64,000 bases of DNA, taken from NCBI GenBank assembly GCA_038087875.1, contig JAXLNO010000529.1:186001-250000 (forward strand), written 5' to 3'. The stretch is from Malacoraja senta (taxonomy: Eukaryota). The notes below the pieces were generated by a model. That model saw only the letters and a list, made by a program, of their open reading frames with translations, was not told where the DNA came from and searched no databases. The number at the start of each line of letters is the position of its first letter. The stretch's first letter is position 1. Positions 1-14,177 of the stretch are shown here, in pieces. Both the position numbers and the translations under genes were made by a program.

Positions 1-3000
1 GGGGGACTGTGGGGACTGTGTGGGACTGTGTGGGACTGTGGGGACTGTGTGGGACTGTGGGGACTGTGGGGAATGTGTGGGACTGTGTGGGACTGTGGGG
101 ACTGTGTGGGACTGTGGGGACTGTGTGGGACTGTGTGGGACTGTGGGGACTGTGTGGGGACTGTGTGGACTGTGGGGACTATGTGGGGCTGTGGGGACTG
201 TGTGGGACTGTGTGGGGACTGTGGGGACTGTGGGGGACTGTGTGGGGACTGTGGGACTGTGTGTGACTGTGTGGGACTGTTTGGGGACTGTATGGGGACT
301 GTGGGACTGCGTGGGACTGTGTGGGGCTGTGGGACTGTGTGGGGACTGTGGGGAATGTGTGGGGACTGTGTGGGACTGTAGGGACTGTGTGGGACTGTGG
401 GACTGTGTGGGACTGTGGGGACTGTGTGGGACTGTGGGACTGTGGGGACTGTGTGGGACTGTGGGGACTGTGGGGGACTGTGGGGGACTGTGGGGACTGT
501 GTGGGACTGTGGGGACTGTGTGGGACTGTGGGGACTGTGGGGACTGGGTGGGACTGTGTGGGACTGTGGGGACTGTGGGGACTGTGGGGACTGTGTGGGA
601 CTGTGGGGACTGTGTGGGACTGTGTGGGACTGTGTGGGACTGTGTGGGACTGTGGGGACTGTGTGGGACTGTGGGGACTGTGTGGGACTGTGTGGGACTG
701 TGGGGACTGTGGGGACTGTGTGGGACTGTGGGGACTGTGTGGGACTGTGTGGGACTGTGGGGGACTGTGGGGACTGTGGGGACTGTGTGGGACTGTGTGG
801 GACTGTGGGGACTGTGTGGGACTGTGGGGACTGTGTGGGACTGTGTGGGACTGTGGGGACTGTGTGGGGACTGTGTGGGACTGTGGGGACTGTGGGGACT
901 GTGTGGGACTGTGTGGGACTGTGTGGGGACTGTGGGGGACTGTGGGACTGTGTGGGACTGTGTGGGGACTGTGTGGGGACTGTGTGGGACTGTGGGGACT
1001 GCGTGGGACTGTGTGGGGACTGTGGGACTGTGTGGGGACTGTGGGGAATGTGTGGGGACTGTGGGGACTGTGTGGGACTGTGGGACTGTGTGGGACTGTG
1101 GGGACTGTGTGGGACTGTGGGACTGTGTGGGACTGTGGGGGACTGTGTGGGACTGTGGGGACTGTGGGGACTCTGTGGGGACTGTGTGGGACTGTGGGGG
1201 ACTGTGTGGGACTGTTTGGGACTGTGGGGACTGTGGGACTGTGGGGAATGTGTGGGACTGTGGGGGACTGTGGGGACTGTGTGGGACTGTGGGGACTGTG
1301 TGGGACTGTGGGGACTGTGGGACTGTGTGGGACTGTGGGGACTGTGTGGGGACTGTGGGGACTGTGTGGGACTGTGGGGACTGTGTGGGACTGTGTGGGA
1401 CTGTGTGGGACTGTGGGGACTGTGTGGGACTGTGGGACTGTGTGGGACTGTGGGGGACTGTGGGGACTGTGTGGGACTGTGTGGGACTGTGGGGACTGTG
1501 TGGGACTGTGGGGGACTGTGGGGAATGTGTGGGACTGTGTGGGACTGTGGGGACTGTGTGGGACTGTGGGGACTGTGTGGGACTGTGTGGGACTGTGGGG
1601 ACTGTGTGGGGACTGTGTGGGACTGTGGGGGACTATGTGGGGCTGTGGGGGACTGTGTGGGACTGTGTGGGGACTGTGGGGACTGTGGGGGACTGTGTGG
1701 GACTGTGGGACTGTGTGTGACTGTGTGGACTGTGTGGGGACTGTTTGGGGACTGTATGGGGACTGTGGGGACTGCGTGGGACTGTGTGGGGACTGTGGGA
1801 CTGTGTGGGGACTGTGGGGAATGTGTGGGGACTGTGTGGGACTGTAGGGACTGTGTGGGACTGTGGGACTGTGTGGGACTGGGGGGACTGTGTGGGACTG
1901 TGGGACTGTGGGGACTGTGTGGGACTGTGGGGACTGTGGGGGACTGTGGGGGACTGTGGGGACTGTGTGGGGACTGTGGGGACTGTGTGGGACTGTGGGG
2001 ACTGTGGGGACTGGGTGGGACTGTGTGGGACTGTGGGGACTGTGGGGACTGTGGGGACTGTGTGGGACTGTGGGGACTGTGTGGGACTGTGTGGGACTGT
2101 GTGGGACTGTGTGGGACTGTGGGGACTGTGTGGGACTGTGGGGACTGTGTGGGACTGTGTGGGACTGTGGGGGACTGTGGGGACTGTGTGGGACTGTGGG
2201 ACTGTGGGGACTGTGGGGAATGTGTGGGACTGTGGGGACTGTGGGGACTGTGGGGACTGTGTGGGACTGGCTGGGACTGTGGGGACTGTGTGGGACTGTG
2301 GGGACTGTGTGGGACTGTGTGGGACTGTGGGGACTGTGTGGGGACTGTGTGGGACTGTGGGGACTGTGGGGACTGTGTGGGACTGTGTGGGACTGTGTGG
2401 GGACTGTGGGGGACTGTGTGGGACTGTGGGACTGTGTGGGACTGTGTGGGGACTGTGTGGGGACTGTGTGGGACTGTGGGGACTGCGTGGGACTGTGTGG
2501 GGACTGTGGGACTGTGTGGGGACTGTGGGGAATGTGTGGGGACTGTGGGGACTGTGTGGACTGTGGGACTGTGTGGGACTGTGGGGACTGTGTGGGACTG
2601 TGGGACTGTGTGGGACTGTGGGGGACTGTGTGGGACTGTGGGGACTGTGGGGACTCTGTGGGGACTGTGTGGGACTGTGGGGGACTGTGTGGGACTGTTT
2701 GGGACTGTGGGACTGTGGGACTGTGGGGAATGTGTGGGACTGTGGGGACTGTGGGGACTGTGGGACTGTGTGGGACTGTGGGGACTGTGTGGGACTGTGG
2801 GACTGTGTGGGACTGTGTGGGACTGTGTGGGACTGTGGGGACTGTGTGGGACTGTGGGGGACTGTGTGGGACTGTGGGGACTGTGTGGGACTGTGGGGAA
2901 TGTGTGGGACTGTGGGGGACTGTGGGGACTGTGGGGACTGTGTGGGACTGTGTGGGACTGTGGGACTGTGTGGGACTGTGGGGACTGTGTGCGACTGTGT

Positions 3001-6000
3001 GGGACTGTGGGGACTGTGTGGGGACTGTGTGGGACTGTGGGGACTGTGTGGGACTGTGGGGGACTGTGTGGGACTGTGTGGGACTGTGTGGGGACTGGGG
3101 ACTGTGGGGGACTGTGTGGGACTGTGGGACTGTGTGGGACTGTGGGACTGTGTGGGGACTGTGGGGACTGTGGGGACTATGTGGGACTGTGTGGGGCTGT
3201 GGGGGACTGTGTGGGACTGTGTGGGACTGTGTGGGGACTGTGGGGACTGTGGGGGACTGTGTGGGACTGTGGGACTGTGTGGGACTGTGAGGGACTGTGT
3301 GGGGACTGTGTGGGGACTGTGTGGGGACTGCGTGGGACTGTGTGGGGACTGTGGGACTGTGTGGGGACTGTGGGGAATGTGTGGGGACTGTGTGGGACTG
3401 TAGGGACTGTGTGGGACTGTGGGACTGTGTGGGACTGTGGGGACTGTGTGGGACTGTGTGGGACTGTGGGGGACTGTGTGGGACTGTGGGGACTGTGGGG
3501 ACTGTGGGGGACTGTGGGGACTGTGTGGGACTGTGGGGACTGTGTGGGACTGTGGGGACTGTGGGGACTGTGTGGGACTGTGTGGGACTGTGGGGACTGT
3601 GTGGGGACTGTGGGGACTGTGTGGGACTGTGGGGACTGTGTGGGACTGTGTGGGACTGTGTGGGACTGTGTGGGACTGTGGGGACTGTGTGGACTGTGGG
3701 ACTGTGTGGGACTGTGTGGGACTGTGGGGGACTGGGGGACTGTGTGGGACTGTGGGGACTGTGTGGGACTGTGGGGAATGTGTGGGACTGTGGGGGACTG
3801 TGGGGACTGTGGGGACTGTGTGGGACTGTGTGGGACTGTGGGGACTGTGTGGGACTGTGGGGACTGTGTGGGACTGTGTGGGACTGTGGGGACTGTGTGG
3901 GGACTGTGTGGCACTGCGGGGACTGTGTGGGACTGTGGGGGACTGTGTGGGACTGTGTGGGACTGTGTGGGGACTGTGTGGGACTGTGTGGGACTGTGGG
4001 GACTGTGTGGGACTGTGGGGACTGTGTGGGACTGTGTGGGACTGTGGGGGACTGTGGGGACTGTGTGGGACTGTGGGGACTGTGGGGAATGTGTGGGACT
4101 GTGGGGACTGTGTGGGGACTGTGGGGACTGTGTGGGGACTGTGGGGACTGCGTGGGACTGTGTGGGGACTGTGGGACTGTGTGGGGACTGTGGGGAATGT
4201 GTGGGGACTGTGTGGGACTGTGGGGACTGTGTGGGACTGTGGGACTATGTGGGACTGTGGGGACTGTGTGGGACTGTGGGACTGTGTGGGACTGTGGGGG
4301 ACTGTGTGGGGACTGTGGGGACTCTGTGGGGACTGTGTGGGACTGTGGGGGACTGTGTGGGACTGTTTGGGGACTGTGGGGACTGTGGGACTGTGGGGAA
4401 TGTGTGGGACTGTGGGGGACTGTGGGGACTGTGGGACTGTGTGGGACTGTGGGGACTGTGTGGGACTGTGGGACTGTGTGGGACTGTGTGGGACTGTGTG
4501 GGACTGTGGGGACTGTGTGGGGACTGTGGGGACTGTGTGGGACTGTGGGGGACTGTGGGACTGTGGGACTGTGTGGGACTGTGGGGACTGTGTGGGACTG
4601 TGGGGGACTGTGGGGACTGTGTGGGACTGTGTGGGACTGTGGGGACTGTGTGGGACTGTGGGGACTGTGTGGGACTGTGTGGGGACTGTGGGGACTGTGG
4701 GGGACTGTGTGGACTGTGGGGACTGTGTGGGACTGTGTGGGGACTGTGGGGACTGCTGGGGGACTGTGTGGGGACTGTGGGACTGTGTGGGGACTGTGGG
4801 ACTGTGTGGGGACTGTGTGGGGACAGTGGGGACTGCGTGGGACTGTGTGGGGACTGTGGGACTGTGTGGGGACTGTGGGACTGGGACTGTGGGACTGTGT
4901 GGACTGTGGGGACTGTGGGACTGTGTGGGACTGTGGGGACTGTGTGGGACTTGTGGGGACTGTGTGGACTGTGGGGCTGTGTGGGACTGTGGGGGACTGA
5001 GGGGACTCTGTGGGGACTGTGTGGGACTGTGGGGACTGTGTGGGACTGTTGGGACTGTGGGACTGTGGAGTGGGGACTGTGTGGGACTGTGGGGGACTGT
5101 GGGGACTGTGGGACTGTGTGGGACTCTGGGGACTGTGTGGGACTGTGGGGACTGTGGGGACGGTGGGACTGTGTGGGACTGTGGGGACTGTGTGGGACTG
5201 TGTGGGACTGTGGGGACTGTGTGGGACTGTGTGGGGGACTGTGGGGACGGTGGGACTGTGGGGACTGTGGGGACTGTGGGGACTGTGTGGGACTGTGTGG
5301 ACTGTGTGGGGACTGTGGGGACTGTGTGGGACTGTGGGGACTGTGGGGACTGTGGGACTGTGGGGACTGTGGGGACTGTGTGGACTGTGGGGACTGTGTG
5401 GGACTGTGGGGACTGTGTGGGACTGGTGGGATGTGGGGACTGTGTGGGGACTGTGTGGGACTGTGGGGACTGTGTGGGACTGTGTGGGGACTGTGTGGGA
5501 CTGTGGGGACTGTGTGGGACTGTGTGGGGACTGTGGGGGACTGTGTGGGACTGTGGGACTGTGTGGGACTGTGGTGGGGACTGTTGGGGACTGTGTGGGG
5601 ACTGTGTGGGGACTGTGGGGACTGTGTGGGACTGTGGGGACTGTGGGACTGTGTGGGGACTGTGGGACTGTGGGGACTGTGTGGGGACTGTGGGACTGTG
5701 TGGGGACTGTGGGGACTGTGTGGGACTGTGGGGACTGTGTGGGACTGTGGGACTGTGTGGGACTGTGTGGGACTGTGGGGACTGTGTGGGACTGTGTGGG
5801 ACTGTGTGGGGACTGTGGGGACTGTGGGGATCTGTGGGACTGTGTGGGACTGTGGGACTGTGAGGACTGTGTGGGGACTGTGTGGGGACTGTGTGGGGAC
5901 TGTGTGGGGACTGCGTGGGACTGTGTGGGGACTGTGGGACTGTGTGGGGACTGTGGGGAATGTGTGGGGACTGTGTGGGACTGTAGGGACTGTGTGGGAC

Positions 6001-7267
6001 TGTGGGACTGTGTGGGACTGTGGGACTGTGTGGGACTGTGGGGACTGTGTGGGACTGTGGGGACTGTGTGGGCCTGTGGGGACTGTGGGGACTGTGGGGG
6101 ACTGTGGGGACTGTGTGGGACTGTGGGGACTGTGTGGGGACTGTGGGGACTGTGGGGACTGTGTGGGACGGTGTGGGACTGTGGGGACTGTGTGGGACTG
6201 TGGGACTAGTGTGGGACTGTGGGGACTGTGTGGGACTGTGTGGGACTGTGTGGGACTGTGGGGACTGTGTGGGACTGTGGGGACTGTGTGGGACTGTGTG
6301 GGACTGTGGGGGACTGTGGTGGACTGTGTGGGACTGTGGGGACTGTGTGGGACTGTGGGGAATGTGTGGGACTGTGTGGGACTGTGGGGACTGTGTGGGA
6401 CTGTGGGACTGGGGACTGTTGGGACTGTGTGGGACTGTGTGGGACTGTGGGGACTGTGTGGGACTTGTGGGGACTGTGGGGACTGTGTGGGACTGTGGGG
6501 ACTGTGGGGACTGTGGGGACTGTGTGGGACTGTGTGGGACTGTGGGGACTGTGGGACTGTGGGGACTGTGTGGGACTGTGGGGACTGTGGGGACTGTGTG
6601 GGGACTGTGGGGGACTGTGGGGACTGTGTGGGACTTGTGGGGACTGTGGGGACTGTGTGTGGACTGTGGGGACTGGTGGGACTGTGTGGGGACTTTGGGG
6701 ACTGTGGGGGACTGTGTGGGACTGTGGGGGACTGTGTGGACTGTGGGGACTGTGTGGGGACTGTGTGGGACTATGTGGGACTGTGTGGGACTGTGTGGGA
6801 CTGTGGGACTGTGTGGGACTGTGGGGAATGTGTGGGACTGGTGGGGACTGTGTGGGACTGTGGGACTGTGTGGGACGTGGGACTGTGGGGTGTGGACTGT
6901 GTGGGACTGTGGGGGACTGTGTGGACTGTGTGGACTGTGTGGGACTGTGGGGACGTGTGGGATGTGGGACTGTGTGGGACTGTGTGGGACTGTGTGGGAC
7001 TGTGGGGACTGTGTGGGACTGTGGGGACTGTGGGACTGTGTGGGACTCTGGGGACTGTGGGGACTGTGGGGACTGTGGGGACTGTGTGGGACTGTGGGAC
7101 TGTGGGGACTGTGGGACTGTGTGGATGTGTGGGACTGTGGGGACTGCTGTGGGATGTGGTGGGACTGTGGGGATCTGTGTGGGGACTAGTGTGGGGACTG
7201 TGGGGGACTGTGTGGGACTGTGGGGGACTGTGGGGAACTGTGGGGGACCTGTGTGGGGACTGTGGGG
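1..7267 (+). repeat. Tandem satellite, G-rich orientation: G(2-6)ACTGT(GT)0-2 units, mostly 8-11 bp
   Basis: Continuous array of GGGACTGT, GGGGACTGT, GGGACTGTGT, GGGGGACTGT and GGGGACTGTGT units. It runs off the left window edge and ends at the N gap. Confidence 0.99.
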
Positions 7268-7467
7268 NNNNNNNNNNNNNNNNNNNNNNNNNNNNNNNNN
7301 NNNNNNNNNNNNNNNNNNNNNNNNNNNNNNNNNNNNNNNNNNNNNNNNNNNNNNNNNNNNNNNNNNNNNNNNNNNNNNNNNNNNNNNNNNNNNNNNNNNN
7401 NNNNNNNNNNNNNNNNNNNNNNNNNNNNNNNNNNNNNNNNNNNNNNNNNNNNNNNNNNNNNNNNNNN
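7268..7467. other. Assembly gap (200 N)
   Basis: Exactly 200 N. The round size suggests an arbitrary scaffolding gap. Satellite orientation flips across it. Confidence 0.99.
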
Positions 7468-10400
7468 CACAGTCCCCACAGAGTCCCCACAGTCCCACAC
7501 AGTCCCACAGTCCCACACAGTCCCCACAGTCCCACAGTCCCACAGTCCCACACAGTCCCCACAGTCCCACACAGTCCCCACACATTCCCACATTCCCCAC
7601 ACAGTCCCACAGTCCCCACACAGTCCCGAGCAGTCCCCACAGTCCCCACACAGTCCCCACACAGTCCCCACACGGTCCCCACACAGTCCCACACAGTCCC
7701 ACACAGTCCCACAGTCCCACACAGTCCCCCACAGTCCCCACAGTCCCACACAGTCCCACACAGTCCTACACAGTCCCCCACAGTCGCACACAGTCCCCCA
7801 CAGTCCCACACAGTCCCACACAGTCCCCACAGTCCCACACAGTCCCCACACAGTCCCACAGTCCCACAAAGTCCCACACAGTCCCCACAGTCCCCACAGT
7901 CCCCACAGTCCCACACAGTCCCACACAGTCCCCACAGTCCCCCACAGTCCCACACAGTCCCCACAGTCCCACACAGTCCCCACAGTCCCACACAGTCCCC
8001 ACAGTCCCCCACAGTCCCACACAGTCCCACACAGTCCCCACAGACCCACACAGTCCCCACAGTCCCACACAGTCCCACACAGTCCCCACAGTCCCACAAA
8101 GTCCCCACAGTCCCACACAGTCCCCGCAGTCCCCACACAGTCCCCACAGTCCCACAACAGTCCCACACAGTCCCCACAGTCCCCACAGTCCCACACAGTC
8201 CCCACTGTCCCACACAGTCCCCACAGCCCCCACAGTCCCACACAGTCCCCACAGTCCCCACACAGTCCCACACTGTCCCCACAGTCCCACACAGTCCCAC
8301 AGTCCCACACAGTCCCCCACAGTCCCACACAGTCCCACACAGTCCCCAGAGTCCAACACATTCCCACACACTCCCCACAGTCCCACACAGTCCCCACAGT
8401 CCCACACAGTCCCCACAGTCCCCACAGTCCCCACAGTCCCACACAGTCCCCACAGTCCCCCACAGTCCCACACAGTCCCCACAATCCCACACAGTCTCCA
8501 CACAGTCCCACGCAGTCCCCATACAGTCCCCACAGTCCCACACAGTCCCCACAGTCCCCACACAGTCCCCACACAGTCCCACACAGTCCCACACAGTCCC
8601 ACACAGTCCCACAGTCCCCACAGTCCCCACACAGTCCCCACACAGTCCCCACAGTCCCCACAGTCCCCACACAGTCTCCACAGTCCCACACACAGTTCCC
8701 ACACAGTCCCACAGTCCCACACACAGTCCCCACAGTCCCACACAGTCCCACAGTCCCCACAGTCCCCACAGTCCCACAGTCCCCACAGTCCCCACACAGT
8801 CCCACAGTCCCCACACAGTCCCACAGTCCCACAGTCCCCACACAGTCCCACAGTCCCCACAGTCCCCACAGTCCCCACAGTCCCCACACAGTCCCACAGT
8901 CCCCCCACAGTCCCCACGCAGTCCCACAGTCCCCACACAGCCCCACAGTCGCCACACAGTCCCACAGTCCCACACAGTCCCACAGCCCCACAGTCCACAC
9001 AGTCCCCCACAGTCCCACAGTCCCCACACAGTCCCACACAGTCCCATACAGTCCCACACAGTCCCACAGTCCCACAGTCCCACAGTCCCACACAGTCCCA
9101 CACAGTCCACAGTCCCCACAGTCCCCACACAGTCCCACACAGTCCCCACAGTCCCACACAGTCCCACAGTCCCCACAGTCCCCACACAGTCCCAAACAGC
9201 CCCACAGTCCCCACAGTCCCCACAGTCCCACACAGTCCCACACAATCCCACAGTCCCCACACAGTCCCACACAGTCCCCACACAGTCCCACAGTCCCACA
9301 CAATCCCACAGTCCACACAGTCCCCACACAGTCCCACAGTCCCCACACAGTCCCCCACAGTCCCCACACAGTCCCACAGTCCCCACAGTCCCGCACAGTC
9401 CCCACAGTCCCCACACAGTCCCACACAGTCCCCACACAGTCCCACAGTCCACACAGTCCCACAGTCCACACAGTCCCCACACAGTCCCACAGTCCCCACA
9501 CAGACCCCACAGTCCCCACACAGTCCCACAGTCCCCACAGTCCCCACACAGTCCCACAGTCCCCACACAGTCCCCACATTCCCCACAGTCCCCACACAGC
9601 CCCCACAGTCCCCACAGTCCCCACACAGTCCCACAGACCCCACACAGTCCCACACAGTCCCCACCCACAGTCCCCACACAGTCCCCACATTCCCCACAGT
9701 CCCCACACAGCCCCACAGTCCCCACAGTCCCCACACAGTCCCACAGACCCCACACAGTCCCACACAGTCCCCACAGCCCCCACAGCCCCCACAGTCCCCA
9801 CAGTCCCACAGTCCCCGACAGTCCCACAGTCCCACAGTCCCCACACAGTCCCACACAGTCCCCACAGTCCCACAGTCCACCCCAGTCCACACATTCCCCC
9901 ACAGTCGCACATTCCCCCACAGTCCCACATTCCCCACAGTCCCCACAGTCCCCACAGTCCCCCACAGTCCCACATTCCCCCACAGTCCCCACAGTCCCCA
10001 CAGTCCCCCACACAGTCCCCACAGTCCCCCACATTCCCACACAGTCCCCACAGTCCCACACAGTCCCCACAGTCCCACACAGTCCCCACAGTCCCCCCAC
10101 AGTCCCACACAGTCCCACACAGTCCCCACAGTCCAACACAGTCCCACACATTCCCCACAGTCCCACACAGTCCCCACAGTCCCACACAGTCCCCACAGTC
10201 CCCACAGTCCCCCACAGTCCCACACAGTCCCCACAGTCCCCCACAGTCCCACACAGTCCCCTCAGTCCCACACAGTCCCCACACAGTCCCACGCAGTCCC
10301 CATACAGTCCCCACAGTCCCACACAGTCCCCACAGTCCCCACACAGTCACCACACAGTCCCACACAGTCCCACACAGTCCCACACAGTCCCACAGTCCCC

Positions 10401-13323
10401 ACAGTCCCCACACAGTCCCCACACAGTCCCCACAGTCCCCACAGTCCCCACACAGTCTCCACAGTCCCACACACAGTCCCCACACAGTCCCACAGTCCCA
10501 CACACAGTCCCCACAGTCCCACACAGTCCCACAGTCCCCACAGTCCCCACAGTCCCACAGTCCCCACAGTCCCCACACAGTCCCACAGTCCCCACACAGT
10601 CCCACAGTCCCACAGTCCCCACACAGTCCCACAGTCCCCACAGTCCCCTCAGTCCCCACAGTCCCCACCATAGTCCCACAGTCCCCCCCACAGTCCCCAC
10701 GCAGTCCCACAGTCCCCACACAGCCCCACAGTCCCCACACAGTCCCACAGTCCCACACAGTCCCACAGCCCCACAGTCCACACAGTCCCCCACAGTCCCA
10801 CAGTCCCCACACAGTCCAACACAGTCCCACACAGTCCCACACAGTCCCACAGTTCCCACAGTCTCCACAGTCCCACACAGTCCCACACAGTCCCACAGTC
10901 CCCACAGTCCCCCACAGTCCCACACGGTCCCCACAGTCCCACACAGTCCCACAGTCCCCACAGTCCCCACACAGTCCCAAACAGACCCACAGTCCCCACA
11001 GTCCCCACAGTCCCACACAGTCCCCACACAGTCCCCACAGTCCCCACACAGTCCCACACAGTCCCCACACAGTCCCACAGTCCCACACAGTCCCACAGTC
11101 CACACAGTCCCCACACAGTCCCACAGTCCCACACAGTCCCCACTGTCCCCACAGTCCCCCACAGTCCCACACAGTCCCCACAGTCCCACACAGTCCCCAC
11201 AGTCCCTCACAGTCCCCACAGTCCCCCACAGTCCCACACAGTCCCACACAGTCCCCACAGTCCCACACAGTCCCCACAGTCCCACACAGTCCCACACAGT
11301 CCCACACAGTCACACACAGTCCCACAGTCCCACACAGTCCCCACAGTCCCCACACAGTCCCCACAGTCCCACACAGTCCCACACCGTCCCCACAGTCCCC
11401 ACAGTCCCACACAGTCCCCACAGTCCTCCACAGTCCCACACAGTCCCACAGTCCCACACAGTCCCACAGCCCCACAGTCCACACCACAGTCCCACACAGT
11501 CCCACACAGTCCCCACAGTCCAACACAGTCCCACACATTCCCCACAGTCCCACACAGTCCCCACAGTCCCACACAGTCCCCACAGTCCCCACAGTCCCCC
11601 ACAGTCCCCAGAGTCCCACACAGTCCCAATGTCCCCACAGTCCCCCACAGTCCCACACAGTCCCCACAGTCCCACAGTCCCCACAGTCCCAAACAGTCCC
11701 ACACAGTCCCCCACAGTCCCACACAGTCCCCACAGAGTCCCCACAGTCCCACACAGTCCCACAGTCCCCACAGTCCCACAGTCCCCACAGTCCCAAACAG
11801 TCCCACACAGTCCCCACAGTCCCACACAGTCCCCACAGAGTCCCCACAGTCCCACACAGCCCCACAGTCCACACAGTCCCCCACAGTCCCACAGTCCCCA
11901 CACAGTCCCACACAGTCCCACACAGTCCCACACAGTCCCACAGTTCCCACAGTCTCCACAGTCCCACACAGTCCCACACAGTCCCACAGTCCCCACAGTC
12001 CCCACACAGTCCCACACAGTCCCCACAGTCCCACACAGTCCCACAGTCCCCACAGTCCCCACACAGTCCCAAACAGACCCACAGTCCCCACAGTCCCCAC
12101 AGTCCCACACAGTCCCACACAGTCCCCACAGTCCCCACACAGTCCCACACAGTCCCCACACAGTCCCACAGTCCCACACAGTCCCACAGTCCACACAGTC
12201 CCCACACAGTCCCACAGTCCCACACAGTCCCCACAGTCCCCACAGTCCCCCACAGTCCCACACAGTCCCCACAGTCCCACACAGTCCCCACAGTCCCACA
12301 CAGTCCCCACAGTCCCCCACAGTCCCACACAGTCCCACACAGTCCCCACAGTCCCACACAGTCCCCACAGTCCCACACAGTCCCACACAGTCCCACACAG
12401 TCCCACACAGTCCCCACAGTCCCACACAGTCCCCACAGTCCCCACACAGTCCCCACAGTCCCACACAGTCCCACACAGTCCCCACAGTCCCCACAGTCCC
12501 ACACAGTCCCCACAGTCCTCCACAGTCCCACACAGTCCCCACAGTCCCACACAGTCCCACAGCCCCACAGTCCACACAGTCCCCCACAGTCCCACAGTCC
12601 CCACACAGTCCCACACAGTCCCACACAGTCCCCACAGTCCAACACAGTCCCACACATTCCCCACAGTCCCACACAGTCCCCACAGTCCCACACAGTCCCC
12701 ACAGTCCCCACAGTCCCCCACAGTCCCCAGAGTCCCACACAGTCCCAATGTCCCCACAGTCCCCCACAGTCCCACACAGTCCCCACAGTCCCACAGTCCC
12801 CACAGTCCCAAACAGTCCCACACAGTCCCCCACAGTCCCACACAGTCCCCACAGAGTCCCCACAGTCCCACACAGTCCCACAGTCCCACACAGTCCCCAC
12901 AGTCCCACAGTCCCACAGTCCCACACAGTCCCCACAGTCCCACACAGTCCCCACACATTCCCCACATTCCCCACACAGTCCCACAGTCCCCACACAGTCC
13001 CGAGCAGTCCCCACAGTCCCCACACAGTCCCCACACAGTCCCCACACAGTCCCCACACAGTCCCACACAGTCCCACACAGTCCCACAGTCCCACACAGTC
13101 CCCCACAGTCCCCACAGTCCCCACACAGTCCCACACAGTCCTACACAGTCCCCCACAGTCCCACACAGTCCCCCACAGTCCCACACAGTCCCACACAGTC
13201 CCCACAGTCCCACACAGTCCCACACAGTCCCCACAGTCCCCCACAGTCCCACACAGTCCCCACAGTCCCACACAGTCCCCACAGTCCCACACAGTCCCCA
13301 CAGTCCCCCACAGTCCCACAGTC

Positions 13324-14031
13324 CCCTCCTCCACCATAGATGAGGCTCGCACCAGGGTCTCTGCCATACCCCGCAACACTGCTCTCTCTCCCCATCCCCC
13401 CACTCACAACAAAGGCAGAGTCCCCCTAGTCCTCACCTTTCACCCCACCAGCCGTCACATACAACAAGTGATCCTCCGTCAGTTCCGCCACCTCCAACGT
13501 GACCCCACCACTCGCCACATCTTCCCATCTCCCCCTATGTCTGCCTTCCGCAAAGACCGCTCCCTTCGTAACTCCCTTGTCAATTCTTCCCTTCCCTCCC
13601 ATACCACCCCCTCCCCTGGTACTTTCCCTTGCAACCGCAAGAGATGCAACACTTGTCCCTTCACTTCCCCCCACTCCATTCCAGGACCCAAGCAGTCGTT
13701 CCAGGTGCGACAGAGGTTCACCTGCATCTCCTCCAACCTCATCTATTGCATTCGCTGCTCTAGATGCCAGCTGATCTACATCGGTGAGACCAAGCGGAGG
13801 CTTGGCGATCGTTTCGCCGAACACCTCCGGTCGGTCCGCAATAACCAACCTGAACTCCCGGTGGCTCAGCACTTCAACTCCCCCTCCCATTCCGTATCTG
13901 ACCTCTCTGTCCTGGGTCCCCTCCATGGCCACAGCGAGCAACACCGTAAATTGGAGGAAATGCACCTCATATTCCGCTTGGGCAGTCTACATGCTGGTGG
14001 CCTGAACGTTGAATTCTCCCAATTCTGCTAG
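13324..14031 (+). pseudogene. PLE ORF C-terminal fragment (~235 aa): linker, Cys knuckle, GIY-YIG endonuclease
   Basis: PSSTIDEA...RVPLVLTFHP...CNRKRCNTC (13630-13656)...NLIYCIRCSRCQLIYIGETKRRLGDRFAEH (IY 13741, YIG 13777-13785)...VAQHF...EEMHLIFRL...GLN, stop TAG ending 14031. The frame is open but 5'-truncated, without the native start or the RT domain. Confidence 0.9.
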
Positions 14032-14145
14032 CCCTGGCTGTCCCCTCCCCTTCATCAGCCATCTGGTTGTCTCCGCCCCTCCCCCAGCCCTCGGGCTCCT
14101 CCTCCTCCTTTTCCTTTTTTCCTTTCTTCTCCCCACCCCCTATCA

Positions 14146-14177
14146 GTCTGAAGAAGGGTTTCGGCCCGAAACGTTAC
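14146..14177 (+). ncRNA. Hammerhead ribozyme-like core, PLE-associated minimal type (copy 1)
   Basis: CTGAAGA (14148-14154), extra A, stem II GGGT-TTCG-GCCC (14156-14167), GAAA (14168-14171), palindromic ACGT/AACGTT stem III, putative GUU site. Only 2 bp of stem I (GT/AC) are evident, so activity is uncertain. Confidence 0.6.

Noticed and set aside
13426..13965. Antisense and alternative-frame ORFs over the PLE copies (also 18116-18658)
   Set aside because: Shadows of the GIY-YIG frame with no recognisable motifs.
397..14031. 4544-aa ORF ending in GIY-YIG copy 1
   Set aside because: It spans the 200-N gap and a strand flip and has a non-ATG start. Only 13324-14031 is genuine coding-derived sequence.
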